Assembly: GCA_964364225.1 (NCBI GenBank)
Contig: CAYIKP010000002.1
Span: 1 to 54,488 of the forward strand
Source: an uncultured Candidatus Saccharibacteria bacterium
GTDB taxonomy: Bacteria; Patescibacteriota; Minisyncoccia; Phycocordibacterales; Zambryskibacteraceae
Reading direction: 5' to 3'
DNA: 54,488 nt
Position numbers and translations under genes: made by a program. Below are positions 24,199 to 32,481 of the stretch, in pieces. The notes below the pieces were generated by a model. That model saw only the letters and a list, made by a program, of their open reading frames with translations. It did no database searches and was not told where the DNA came from. Position 1 is the stretch's first letter; each line of letters begins with the position of its first letter.

Positions 24199-24795
24199 AT
24201 GGTAGCAATTATTTCATTAATAATTCTTATTATTTCTGTTGTAGCGCATGAAGTGGCACACGGCTATGCTGCTAAATGGGAAGGAGATGAGACGGCAAGC
24301 GCATTGGGAAGGCTCTCTATAAATCCAATTCGTCATATAGATTTATTTGGCTCAATTATTTTGCCGACGCTCACTTATATGCTCGGAGGTTTTGTAATTG
24401 GTTGGGCAAAACCAGTACCAATTAATCCAAGAAATTTTAAACATCCAAGATGGGGCGAAGCACTTGTATCTTTTGCTGGCCCTGCCACAAATATTATTTT
24501 GGCAATTGTTTTTTCTATCTTAATTCGCACCACAAATTTAGACTTTTCATCAGAGATGGTGGCACAGTATATTGTCCTTATAAATATAGTCTTGGCTGTA
24601 TTTAATCTTATTCCAATACCGCCCTTAGACGGTTCGCACATTATTTCTAGCGTCTTCCCTAACATAAAAACCTTCTTTTATAAGATAGAAAGATACGGTT
24701 TGTTTTTTCCACTTATTTTTGTTCTTTTTGTATGGCAATTCTTTTTCCCTGTTGTTGGGCTTATATTTAAACTCTTTACCGGTGTTGCCTTATAA
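24199..24795 (+). CDS. site-2 protease family (peptidase M50) membrane protein
   Basis: HEVAHG zinc motif in the first TM helix and LNLIPIPPLDG near the C-terminal half. Confidence 0.85.
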   Translation: MVAIISLIILIISVVAHEVAHGYAAKWEGDETASALGRLSINPIRHIDLFGSIILPTLTYMLGGFVIGWAKPVPINPRNFKHPRWGEALVSFAGPATNIILAIVFSILIRTTNLDFSSEMVAQYIVLINIVLAVFNLIPIPPLDGSHIISSVFPNIKTFFYKIERYGLFFPLIFVLFVWQFFFPVVGLIFKLFTGVAL

Positions 24796-24846
24796 AAACG
24801 CTTAATATATAGTAGCGAGGCGCGTTTAATCGCGTTTTTTCATTAA

Positions 24847-25260
24847 ATGGCAACAATCAATCAACTTATAAGAAGAAAAAGAAATATTCTCCACCGAAAA
24901 TCCAAATCGGTGGCTCTAACTCGTGGTTTTAATACAATCAAAAATCGCCCAGTTTTTTACAATTCACCATTTAAGAGGGGGGTTTGCATAAAAGTAACTA
25001 CAAAAACGCCTAAAAAACCTAACTCAGCTATTAGAAAAATCGCTCGTGTTCGTTTAACAAATGGTCATGAAGTTACAGCGTACATTCCAGGAGAGGGGCA
25101 TAACCTACAAGAGCACTCAGTGGTAGTGCTTCGTGGTGGCCGTGTAAAAGATGTAGGACTTCGCTACACTATTGTTCGCGGAGTATTGGACACACAGGGG
25201 GTAGAAAAGAGAAGAAAGGGTCGTTCTCAATACGGTAATAAGAGACCAAAAGCTAAATAG
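24847..25260 (+). CDS. rpsL: 30S ribosomal protein S12
   Basis: [19 protein letters not shown] and [11 protein letters not shown] motifs. Ends in TAG. Confidence 0.95.
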   Translation: MATINQLIRRKRNILHRKSKSVALTRGFNTIKNRPVFYNSPFKRGVCIKVTTKTPKKPNSAIRKIARVRLTNGHEVTAYIPGEGHNLQEHSVVVLRGGRVKDVGLRYTIVRGVLDTQGVEKRRKGRSQYGNKRPKAK

Positions 25261-25288
25261 TTCGATATACTCACCATAAATAATAATC

Positions 25289-25759
25289 ATGAGAAGAAAA
25301 TTAAGAGAGGGTGAAAAGAGAAAAGTTATAGCCGATTTACAATACGGTTCTGAAAAGCTTTCTAAATTCACAAACCATTTAATGTTTTCAGGTAAAAAGA
25401 ATACTGCACGCACAGTTTTATATGACGCAATGAATATAATCAAAGAGAGTGGAACAGATCCACTAGAAACTTTTGAAACAGCAATAAGAAATGCAGGACC
25501 AACAGTTGAAGTGCGATCTCGTAGAGTTGGAGGCGCAAACTACCAAGTTCCTCGTGAAGTGCGACCTGAAAGAAGACAGGCGCTCGCCATGAAATGGATT
25601 GTTGAAGCAGCTCGTGGAAAGAAGGGAAAGCCAATGGCAAACAAACTCGCAGATGAAATCATTTTAGCTTCTAAAAATGAAGGTGAAGCAATAAAGAAAA
25701 GAGAAAATGTTCATAAGATGGCAGAAGCCAACAAGGCATTTGCGCACTTCACTTGGTAA
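25289..25759 (+). CDS. rpsG: 30S ribosomal protein S7
   Basis: VEVRSRRVGGANYQVP and ANKAFAHFTW at the C-terminus. Confidence 0.95.
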   Translation: MRRKLREGEKRKVIADLQYGSEKLSKFTNHLMFSGKKNTARTVLYDAMNIIKESGTDPLETFETAIRNAGPTVEVRSRRVGGANYQVPREVRPERRQALAMKWIVEAARGKKGKPMANKLADEIILASKNEGEAIKKRENVHKMAEANKAFAHFTW

Positions 25760-25763
25760 CAAA

Positions 25764-25792
25764 CAAAAAAACTCCCAGTTGGGAGTTTTTTT
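25764..25792 (+). terminator. intrinsic terminator between rpsG and fusA
   Basis: aaaaaaactccc-agtt-gggagttttttt. Confidence 0.75.
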
Positions 25793-25858
25793 GTTTGTAT
25801 TGAATTTTTTGTTTAAATAAACTAGTCTTACGTTTAGAACCCAGAAAGGAGATTTTTC

Positions 25859-26050
25859 GTGCCCAGTAACGTAATCATGATTGAGGTAAGCGAACAACAC
25901 CGGATCATGTATGGCCTGCCAAGCACAAGGGTTGAAGCTGTGGTCCAAGGGACTGCTTGTAATCCTTGGTTTGTCATCAAGACAATGAGCGGAACCACTC
26001 ACGTTTTGAATGGAAGAGATCTTCTGGGTGCAAAGATCCTTAAGTCTTAA
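25859..26050 (+). CDS. hypothetical 63-aa protein (higher-GC mini-cassette)
   Basis: GTG start 7 nt after AAAGGAG. A sample line hand-counts to about 55% GC. The gene has its own terminator. No family recognised. Confidence 0.45.
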   Translation: MPSNVIMIEVSEQHRIMYGLPSTRVEAVVQGTACNPWFVIKTMSGTTHVLNGRDLLGAKILKS

Positions 26051-26070
26051 AGAAGGGTATAGGGGATATA

Positions 26071-26100
26071 ACAGGAGCGCTTTGCGCTCCTGTTTTGTTT
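26071..26100 (+). terminator. intrinsic terminator
   Basis: acaggagcgc-ttt-gcgctcctgt then tttgttt. Confidence 0.7.
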
Positions 26101-26219
26101 ATGATATCTTTTCAATGCCTGACAGGGCTTTTTTTTATCCCCATTTAAAACAGCGGAACCAAGCTTATCAGTCGCTTCGCGAGTTCCTGTTTTAAACGGG
26201 GCAGGCACTATAAACAATT

Positions 26220-28373
26220 ATGGAAAGAGATTACCCACTAGATAGAGTTAGAAATTTTGGAATTATCGCGCATATTGATGCTGGAAAAACCACCACATCA
26301 GAGCGTGTTTTGTATTACACGGGCTCCCAACACTCAATTGGAGAGGTTCACGAGGGAGAGACCACCACAGACTGGATGGAGCAAGAAAGAGAAAGGGGGA
26401 TTACCATAACAGCGGCTGCTATTACTTGTTTTTGGGCACCAACATATCTTCCAAAAGCAGAGCGTGCGAAAAAAGAAAATAAAAACCGTTTTAATATCAT
26501 TGATACCCCGGGACACATTGATTTTACCGTTGAAGTGAAGAGGTCTTTGCGCGTTTTGGATGGAGCGGTCGTGGTATTTGATGGGGTTGCCGGAGTAGAA
26601 CCACAATCAGAAACAAACTGGCGTTATGCAGAAGAGGCAAAAGTGCCAAGAATTTGTTTTATAAATAAATTAGATAGAACAGGTGCATCTTTTGAGCGTT
26701 CATACGCTTCAATTTTGGACAGACTTTCAAAAAAGGCCGTAAGGGTTCAAATTCCAATTGGACTTGAAGAGAAGCACGAAGGAGTTATTGACCTTCTAAA
26801 AATGAAAGCATATTTTTTTGAAGGAAAGTTAGGGGAAGATGTTATTGAAAAAGAGATTCCAGAGGAATACATGGCTGATGCAAAAAAATATCATGCCGAA
26901 TTGGTTGAAAAAATTGTTGAAAACGATGAAGGCCATATGAATGATTTTCTAGAAGGAAAAGAAGTTCCACACGATGAATTAAAGAAAACTCTTCGCAAGG
27001 CGGTTATCACAAATGCAATTTTTCCAGTGTACGCAGGTTCTGCCCTTAAAAACAAAGGTGTCCAACTAGTTTTGGATGGGGTAGTGGACTTACTTCCATC
27101 GCCCTTAGACATTCCTCCTGTAAGAGGAATTAATCCAGAAACAGACGAGGAAGTATTTCGTGCGCCATCTGATTCGGAACCATTCGCTGCTCTTGCTTTC
27201 AAACTCCAAGCTGATCCGTTTGTGGGGCAACTCACATTCTTTAGGGTTTATTCAGGAACCATTGAGGCCGGCTCTTATATATACAACGCAACTACAGGAG
27301 ATAAGGAAAGGTTGGGTAGAATTGTGCGTTTGCAAGCAAACCAAAGAGAAGAGGTGAAAAAAGTTTTTGCGGGAGAAATTGCAGCTGCTGTAGGCTTGAA
27401 AACTGCCCGCACCTCGCACACATTTTGTGATGAAGCAAATCCAATTATTTTGGATCCTATTAAATTTGCAGAGCCAGTTATTTCACTTCGTATTGAACCA
27501 AAAACAAAAGCCGATCAAGAAAAAATGGGCATGGCGCTTAAGAGACTTTCTGACGAAGATCCAACATTTAGAATTAAATCAGACTCTGAAACAGGCGAAA
27601 CTGTGATTATGGGAATGGGCGAGCTTCACTTGGAAATTATTGTGGACAGAATGAAAAGAGAGTTCGGAGTGGAAGCAAATGTGGGCGCACCACAGGTGGC
27701 ATATAAGGAAACAATTACAGGCGAAGCCACCGTTGAAAATAAATACATTAAGCAAACAGGAGGAAAAGGCCAATACGGACACGTAAAGATTTTAGTCAAA
27801 CCATTTGTGAAACCTGATCCAGAAGAAAAAGTACCTAAAAACGTGGAACGTGAAGACGGCTTTGAATTTATAAACTCAATTAAGGGGGGCGTTATTCCAC
27901 AAGAGTTTATTCCTGCAGTTTATAAGGGCGTTAGAGAAGCAATGGATCGTGGAATTTTGGCTGGCTACAAAATGACAGATATTTCTTGTGAGCTTTTGTA
28001 TGGTTCTTATCACGATGTGGACTCTTCGGAAATTGCATACAAAATTGCAGCATCACAAGCCTTTCAAGAAGCGGCAAAATCTGCACGACCAGTTATTTTG
28101 GAACCTATTATGAAACTAGAGGTTGTTGTTCCACAAAAATTCATGGGTGATATCACTGGAAATCTTTCATCAAAGCGTGGGCAAGTAGAAGGGATGGAAG
28201 ACAGAGGGGACTTGAAAGTGATTAGTGCCAAGGTACCTCTTTCAGAAATGTTTGGATATGTGACAACTCTCCGTTCAATGACAGAAGGCCGTGGTTCTGC
28301 AAGCATGGAATTTGATCACTACGCAATTGTTCCTCCGAACGTTGCGACAACAATTATTGAATCTCGTAAATAG
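26220..28373 (+). CDS. fusA: elongation factor G
   Basis: 717 aa with AHIDAGKTT, DTPGHIDF, NKLDR and C-terminal domains IV/V. Ends in TAG. Confidence 0.95.
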   Translation: MERDYPLDRVRNFGIIAHIDAGKTTTSERVLYYTGSQHSIGEVHEGETTTDWMEQERERGITITAAAITCFWAPTYLPKAERAKKENKNRFNIIDTPGHIDFTVEVKRSLRVLDGAVVVFDGVAGVEPQSETNWRYAEEAKVPRICFINKLDRTGASFERSYASILDRLSKKAVRVQIPIGLEEKHEGVIDLLKMKAYFFEGKLGEDVIEKEIPEEYMADAKKYHAELVEKIVENDEGHMNDFLEGKEVPHDELKKTLRKAVITNAIFPVYAGSALKNKGVQLVLDGVVDLLPSPLDIPPVRGINPETDEEVFRAPSDSEPFAALAFKLQADPFVGQLTFFRVYSGTIEAGSYIYNATTGDKERLGRIVRLQANQREEVKKVFAGEIAAAVGLKTARTSHTFCDEANPIILDPIKFAEPVISLRIEPKTKADQEKMGMALKRLSDEDPTFRIKSDSETGETVIMGMGELHLEIIVDRMKREFGVEANVGAPQVAYKETITGEATVENKYIKQTGGKGQYGHVKILVKPFVKPDPEEKVPKNVEREDGFEFINSIKGGVIPQEFIPAVYKGVREAMDRGILAGYKMTDISCELLYGSYHDVDSSEIAYKIAASQAFQEAAKSARPVILEPIMKLEVVVPQKFMGDITGNLSSKRGQVEGMEDRGDLKVISAKVPLSEMFGYVTTLRSMTEGRGSASMEFDHYAIVPPNVATTIIESRK

Positions 28374-28382
28374 AAGATATTC

Positions 28383-28410
28383 AAAAAAACTCCCGAAAGG
28401 GAGTTTTTTT
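28383..28410 (+). terminator. intrinsic terminator after fusA
   Basis: aaaaaactccc-gaaa-gggagttttttt. Confidence 0.75.
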
Positions 28411-28479
28411 GAATTATGTATTTGTAATAAATTTATTTGGTAGTAGATTACTTTTTAGACCGTATAACAGGGAGAACTG

Positions 28480-28755
28480 ATGAACAAAGAGGAAGTGAGG
28501 GCGGAAATAGTCAAAGGCGAATGGTCTGAGTCATTTCTGAATATGCTCCTCAGGCTTGCAGATTCGCTTGGTGAGCCCGTGTCTGTGAAAGAGCTCTCAA
28601 CTATTCTTCACCCACTCAGGTTCTTAACAACGACCTTGAATTCGGTAAATAAAATTTTTGAGGCGCGAAGAGTGCCGATAAGGCTTGAGTTTGTTGATGA
28701 AGATCCCAAGATCCTATGGTTTGATCTTGAAGTCAGGATGATTTTGCTCACATGA
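28480..28755 (+). CDS. hypothetical 91-aa protein (higher-GC mini-cassette)
   Basis: GGGAGA lies 6 nt upstream of the ATG. A sample line hand-counts to about 47% GC. The gene has its own strong terminator. No family recognised. Confidence 0.45.
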   Translation: MNKEEVRAEIVKGEWSESFLNMLLRLADSLGEPVSVKELSTILHPLRFLTTTLNSVNKIFEARRVPIRLEFVDEDPKILWFDLEVRMILLT

Positions 28756-28762
28756 AAGATTA

Positions 28763-28795
28763 GCGCCCCGTATACTCGGGGCGCCTTGTTTTTTT
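28763..28795 (+). terminator. intrinsic terminator
   Basis: gcgccccg-tatact-cggggcgc then cttgttttttt. Confidence 0.75.
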
Positions 28796-28819
28796 ATAGG
28801 TTTTCTGTAAAGTGCTCTC

Positions 28820-28960
28820 TGTAAGGCTAAAGACAGTGGGCAGGCGCCCGAAGGGCGCGGAATGTGGAATAAGGAATAGTGAATGAAGAATAAAATCTTA
28901 ATTCATTATTCAAAATTCATAATTCTGCGCTGAAAGCGCCAAAAGACCCACCGAGGCGGA
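28820..28960 (+). promoter_or_regulatory. candidate rplJ (L10) leader structure
   Basis: gacagtggg (28832-28840) pairs with cccac in cccaccgagg (28947-28956). This encloses the hairpins gcgccc-gaa-gggcgc and gcgc-tgaaa-gcgc plus a GAAT-heptad palindrome. Position upstream of rplJ matches known L10 autoregulatory leaders. Confidence 0.4.
28866..28925. repeat. GAATNNN heptad palindrome, copy 1
   Basis: GAATAAG GAATAGT GAATGAA GAATAAA - atc - TTAATTC ATTATTC AAAATTC ATAATTC. Confidence 0.8.
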
Positions 28961-29032
28961 AATGTTTTTAACATTTTCTTTTCTCAATCTCGGCCCTTAC
29001 AAGGTCGATTTTTTAGTTTAAGAACTAAAACA

Positions 29033-29527
29033 ATGGCATTAACAAAACAAAAAAAAGGAGAAATCTTAAAAAATCTTGAAAGCGTTTTAAAGGATGCCAA
29101 GTCTTTGGTGTTCGTAAATGCTAAAGGCTTTCCAGTAAGCGAACAACAAAACCTTAGGCGTGCTCTTAAAACAGAGGCTGTGTCCTACACAGTTGCTAAG
29201 AAAACTCTCATTAGAAAGGCTTTAGAGGGCTTGAAGGCACAAGGGGAGATCCCAGAGCTAACAGGAGAGCTTTCAATTGCTTATGGAGAGGATTTAGTAG
29301 CTCCAGCTAGGGGCGTATTCGGATTTCAAAAGAAATTTCCTGAACAAGTAAAAATTCTTGGAGGAATTTTTGATGGCAAATATATGAACAAGAGCGAGAT
29401 GGAAGGAATTGCAACAATTCCGGATCTACACGCTCTTCGTGGAATGTTTGTAAACATTATAAATTCTCCTATACAGAGATTCGCTATTGCTCTTGATCAA
29501 ATAGCAAAACGTGGGAATAAGGAATAG
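29033..29527 (+). CDS. rplJ: 50S ribosomal protein L10
   Basis: 164 aa, the L10 fold pattern (SLVFVNAKGFPVSEQQNLRRAL) and position upstream of rplL. Confidence 0.9.
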   Translation: MALTKQKKGEILKNLESVLKDAKSLVFVNAKGFPVSEQQNLRRALKTEAVSYTVAKKTLIRKALEGLKAQGEIPELTGELSIAYGEDLVAPARGVFGFQKKFPEQVKILGGIFDGKYMNKSEMEGIATIPDLHALRGMFVNIINSPIQRFAIALDQIAKRGNKE

Positions 29528-29581
29528 AGAATAGTGAATAAAGATATAAATCATAATTCTTTATTCCTAATTCATTATTCG
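29514..29581. repeat. GAATNNN heptad palindrome, copy 2 (overlaps the last rplJ codons)
   Basis: GAATAAG GAATAGA GAATAGT GAATAAA GATATAA atc ATAATTC TTTATTC CTAATTC ATTATTC. Confidence 0.8.
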
Positions 29582-29616
29582 AAACCAAAAAATTAATTAA
29601 AATAAATTTAAAAACT

Positions 29617-30009
29617 ATGAACGAAGAAAATTCAGTAGTGGTGCCAGAAAAATTTCAGAAGATTGTTTCAGAAATCGAAAAGATGTCTGTGATTGATTTA
29701 AACGAACTTGTGAAGGTGTTTGAAGCAAAGTTTGGAGTTTCAGCTACAGCAGTAGCGGCCCCTTCGACAGGCTCAGGGCAAGTAGCCGAAGAAGAAAAAT
29801 CTTCTTTTGCAGTTGAGCTTACTGATAGCGGTGCAAATAAAATTGCAGTTATCAAGGTAATTAAGGAGGTTTTGGCACTAGGCTTGAAAGAAGCAAAAGA
29901 TCTAGTGGACGCTGCTCCTTCAGTACTTAAGCCAGACATGAAAAAGGAAGAAGCAGATGCCTTCAAAGCTAAAATTGAAGAAGCCGGAGGAAAAGTTACC
30001 TTAAAGTAA
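29617..30009 (+). CDS. rplL: 50S ribosomal protein L7/L12
   Basis: Ala-rich hinge, VIKVIKEVLALGLKEAKDLVD and EEAGGKVTLK at the C-terminus. Confidence 0.95.
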   Translation: MNEENSVVVPEKFQKIVSEIEKMSVIDLNELVKVFEAKFGVSATAVAAPSTGSGQVAEEEKSSFAVELTDSGANKIAVIKVIKEVLALGLKEAKDLVDAAPSVLKPDMKKEEADAFKAKIEEAGGKVTLK

Positions 30010-30043
30010 CTTTTCTGGAGGTCCTGAACTTGTTGAAGGGCAA

Positions 30044-30067
30044 GGAGGTAAAGTTACACTTAAATAA
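30044..30067 (+). repeat. second copy of the rplL 3' end (GGKVTLK-stop)
   Basis: gga ggt aaa gtt aca ctt aaa taa against gga gga aaa gtt acc tta aag taa at 29986-30009. Differences are synonymous and the frame differs. Confidence 0.75.
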
Positions 30068-30172
30068 GCGAAGCTTTTTAAGGAACTTTACAGCCGGAGC
30101 GATGTTTCGCTAGCAAAGCGAAACTGCGAGGCGGGGACGCGGAAATTTCTGAGCGACGGCGAAGAAATTATC

Positions 30173-30196
30173 TGTGGAAAAGTAACACTCAAATAA
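30173..30196 (+). repeat. third copy of the rplL 3' end (CGKVTLK-stop)
   Basis: tgt gga aaa gta aca ctc aaa taa, in the same frame as copy 2. The frame stays open between the copy 2 stop and this stop. Confidence 0.7.
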
Positions 30197-30213
30197 ACTA
30201 AGTTTGTTTGAAG

Positions 30214-30252
30214 AACGAAGCCGCCGCGCATATTGCGCGGCGGCTTCGTTTT
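30214..30252. terminator. strong bidirectional terminator
   Basis: aacgaagccgccgcgca-tat-tgcgcggcggcttcgtt then tt, between rplL (+) and 30251..30541 (-). Confidence 0.8.
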
Positions 30253-30541
30253 AACTGTTCCTACTAACCATTACATAAAGTGTAAACATCGCGGTTAGGA
30301 ATATAAACAGATCATTGACTGCAAATCTGTCTATATAAACCTTAAAACCACGAGTCAGTATTCGAAACAACATCATGACGGCTGTGACAAATATCACATT
30401 CTCAAACAGAAAGTCGTAGGTCGTTTTTGGGGATGTCCATTTCAAGAGCATCAAGACTAAGAAGTAAAAACAACCAAAAACTATTCCTGCTGATGCCTGT
30501 GCTAGCACCTCAGTGGTTTCACTTGGCTTTTTATTGGCCAC
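30251..30541 (-). CDS. small polytopic membrane protein
   Basis: 96 aa with three hydrophobic helices. Confidence 0.45.
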   Translation of the reverse strand: MANKKPSETTEVLAQASAGIVFGCFYFLVLMLLKWTSPKTTYDFLFENVIFVTAVMMLFRILTRGFKVYIDRFAVNDLFIFLTAMFTLYVMVSRNS

Positions 30542-30662
30542 GATTGCTCCAGAGTGAGTTCTGTTTGTTTTATAACAGATTTAATTTTTTTGTCAATAAA
30601 TTTTCTTGTTTTATATACAGAGCTTGCATACATTTTTAATATGATTAAAATCCGCAGTATAT

Positions 30663-31301
30663 ATGTCAGATGTAATTCTAGAGAAGCTATTTGGTGGTGA
30701 AGCTACAGTAAAAGTACTTCGTTTGTTTCTTTTTAATGAAAACCTCGCTCTTACCCAAGAGGAAATTGCCTCAAAGGTACACACAAACTTTGAATGGACA
30801 AAAAACGCTATTGATTACCTCGAAAAACTTGGTTTTTTTAAAAAAAGGAGTGGTTTTAGGGATTTTCCTATAAAAAATGGCAAAAAAGGACATAAAACTG
30901 TAAAAAAAAGAATGGCTGTATGGCTGGTAAACCCAAACTTTCCCATGACAGATGCATTGAGACAATTTTTTCACAGAGCAAATATCGTTTCCCCAAAAGA
31001 AGTTATTTCAAAACTTTCCAGTACTGGTAATTTGAAATTGATAACAATTTCAGGAATGTTTTTAGAAGATAATGAAGCAAGACTAGATCTTTTAGTTGTT
31101 GGTGATAATTTAAAAAAAGCGTCTTTTGATAAAGGAGTTGGTGCAATTGAAGCGCTTTTAGGAAGGGAAATTCGCTACGCTACATTTGAAACTCCTGAAT
31201 TTTTATATAGATACGGCATGTATGACCGCCTCGTTAGAGATGTTTTTGACTACAAACACGAGAAAATACTCAACAAGCTAGCCGTTTTTGGAGAAAATTA
31301 A
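30663..31301 (+). CDS. putative winged-helix DNA-binding protein
   Basis: The N-terminal 60 aa (VKVLRLFLFNENLALTQEEIASKV...AIDYLEKLGF) look like a wHTH. The C-terminal domain is unknown. Confidence 0.45.
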   Translation: MSDVILEKLFGGEATVKVLRLFLFNENLALTQEEIASKVHTNFEWTKNAIDYLEKLGFFKKRSGFRDFPIKNGKKGHKTVKKRMAVWLVNPNFPMTDALRQFFHRANIVSPKEVISKLSSTGNLKLITISGMFLEDNEARLDLLVVGDNLKKASFDKGVGAIEALLGREIRYATFETPEFLYRYGMYDRLVRDVFDYKHEKILNKLAVFGEN

Positions 31302-31414
31302 ACTTTTTATTGTTGTCCACAATAAATCCCCTAATTCAAAACATATGGCTCATTGAAGCGGTATAATTTGGGGTAGGGTCTCAAAAATTATTAAAATAAA
31401 CATAAGTTAACAAT

Positions 31415-32101
31415 ATGTTAGTGCAGACATGGGGTGATGTTTTAACAACATCTTTCCAAGATGTGTGGATGGGAGTTGCAAGGTTTTTACCAAATCTTGT
31501 TGTTGCCATTATCATTGTAATCTTGGGATGGCTCATCGGTTCAGTTATTGGTAAAGCGATATGGCAAATTTTCCGTTCTATTCGCGTAGATGAAGCTCTT
31601 AGAAAAACAGGAGCAGAAGATTTGATGAGAAAGGGCGGTATGACTCTTAATTCAGGTGGCTTTATTGGTGGCCTTATTAAGTGGTTCATTATCGTAGTCT
31701 TCTTTATCGCAGCATTTGAAGTTTTGGGTCTTTCACAGGTAAACGCCTTCCTTTCACAGGTGGTATTGGGATACCTTCCACAAGTTATTGTGGCAGTTCT
31801 AGTACTTCTAGTGGCAGGGGTGGTGGGTGATGTTGTTCAGAAAATCGTCAACACTTCAGCTCGTGCAGCAGAAATTCGTTCTGCTCATACATTAGGCACA
31901 TTGTCACGATGGGCTATTTGGATTTTCGGTCTTTTGGTGGCTCTAAGCCAACTAGGAATAGGAGTTCAAATTATCCAGACCCTATTTATGGGAGTTGTAG
32001 TTGCTTTGTCTCTTGCTTTTGGCCTTTCATTTGGCTTGGGCGGACAAGAAGCTGCTTCTCAATGGATAAGCAAGGCTCGTGATGAAATGCAAGGTCGATA
32101 G
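31415..32101 (+). CDS. membrane protein with conserved-TM-helix repeats (mechanosensitive-channel-associated type)
   Basis: Repeated units of the type LPNLVVAIIIVILGWLIG..., YLPQVIVAVLVLLVAG and LSRWAIWIFGLLVALSQLG. Confidence 0.5.
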   Translation: MLVQTWGDVLTTSFQDVWMGVARFLPNLVVAIIIVILGWLIGSVIGKAIWQIFRSIRVDEALRKTGAEDLMRKGGMTLNSGGFIGGLIKWFIIVVFFIAAFEVLGLSQVNAFLSQVVLGYLPQVIVAVLVLLVAGVVGDVVQKIVNTSARAAEIRSAHTLGTLSRWAIWIFGLLVALSQLGIGVQIIQTLFMGVVVALSLAFGLSFGLGGQEAASQWISKARDEMQGR

Positions 32102-32152
32102 TCTTTAAAAAAGACCAGAGCGATCTCGCATACAGGTATCCGGAGAAAACAG

Positions 32153-32177
32153 AAAAACACCCGAAAGGGTGTTTTTC
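32153..32177 (+). terminator. intrinsic terminator
   Basis: aaaaacaccc-gaaa-gggtgttttt. Confidence 0.75.
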
Positions 32178-32191
32178 TGTTGGTAGGTTGC

Positions 32192-32311
32192 TCCCGTACG
32201 AAACAGGTTGCGATCACTAAGATAGTTTCTAATATAAGTTTAAATTTAGCCCTTATTTATGAAGCATAAGTTTAGCTTATTTATAAACTGCGACCGCGGT
32301 TTCGTTCGGGA
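32192..32311. repeat. CCCGTACGAA...TTCGTTCGGG inverted-termini element, copy A
   Basis: 5' arm tcccgtacgaaacaggttgcga and 3' arm ctgcgaccgcggtttcgttcggga, with an AT-rich interior. Flanked by ttgc on both sides. Confidence 0.7.
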
Positions 32312-32481
32312 TTGCAATTTTTATGTCTGCCTGTATTATATTCAAACCACCTTTGTGGCTTTTTTCTTTCTGTATCTTAGCCATTTGGGGAAGTTAGTGC
32401 GTTTTGTCTATTCAAGCTCTCGCGCGATAGACTAAGCGCGTTAAAATTAGCATCTAATATTAAACTTAATAATTTATTAAC

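Noticed and set aside
28866-29581. GAAT-rich repeats as a possible CRISPR array.
   Set aside because: The period is 7 nt with no spacers, the copies are palindromic and widely separated, and no cas genes are present.
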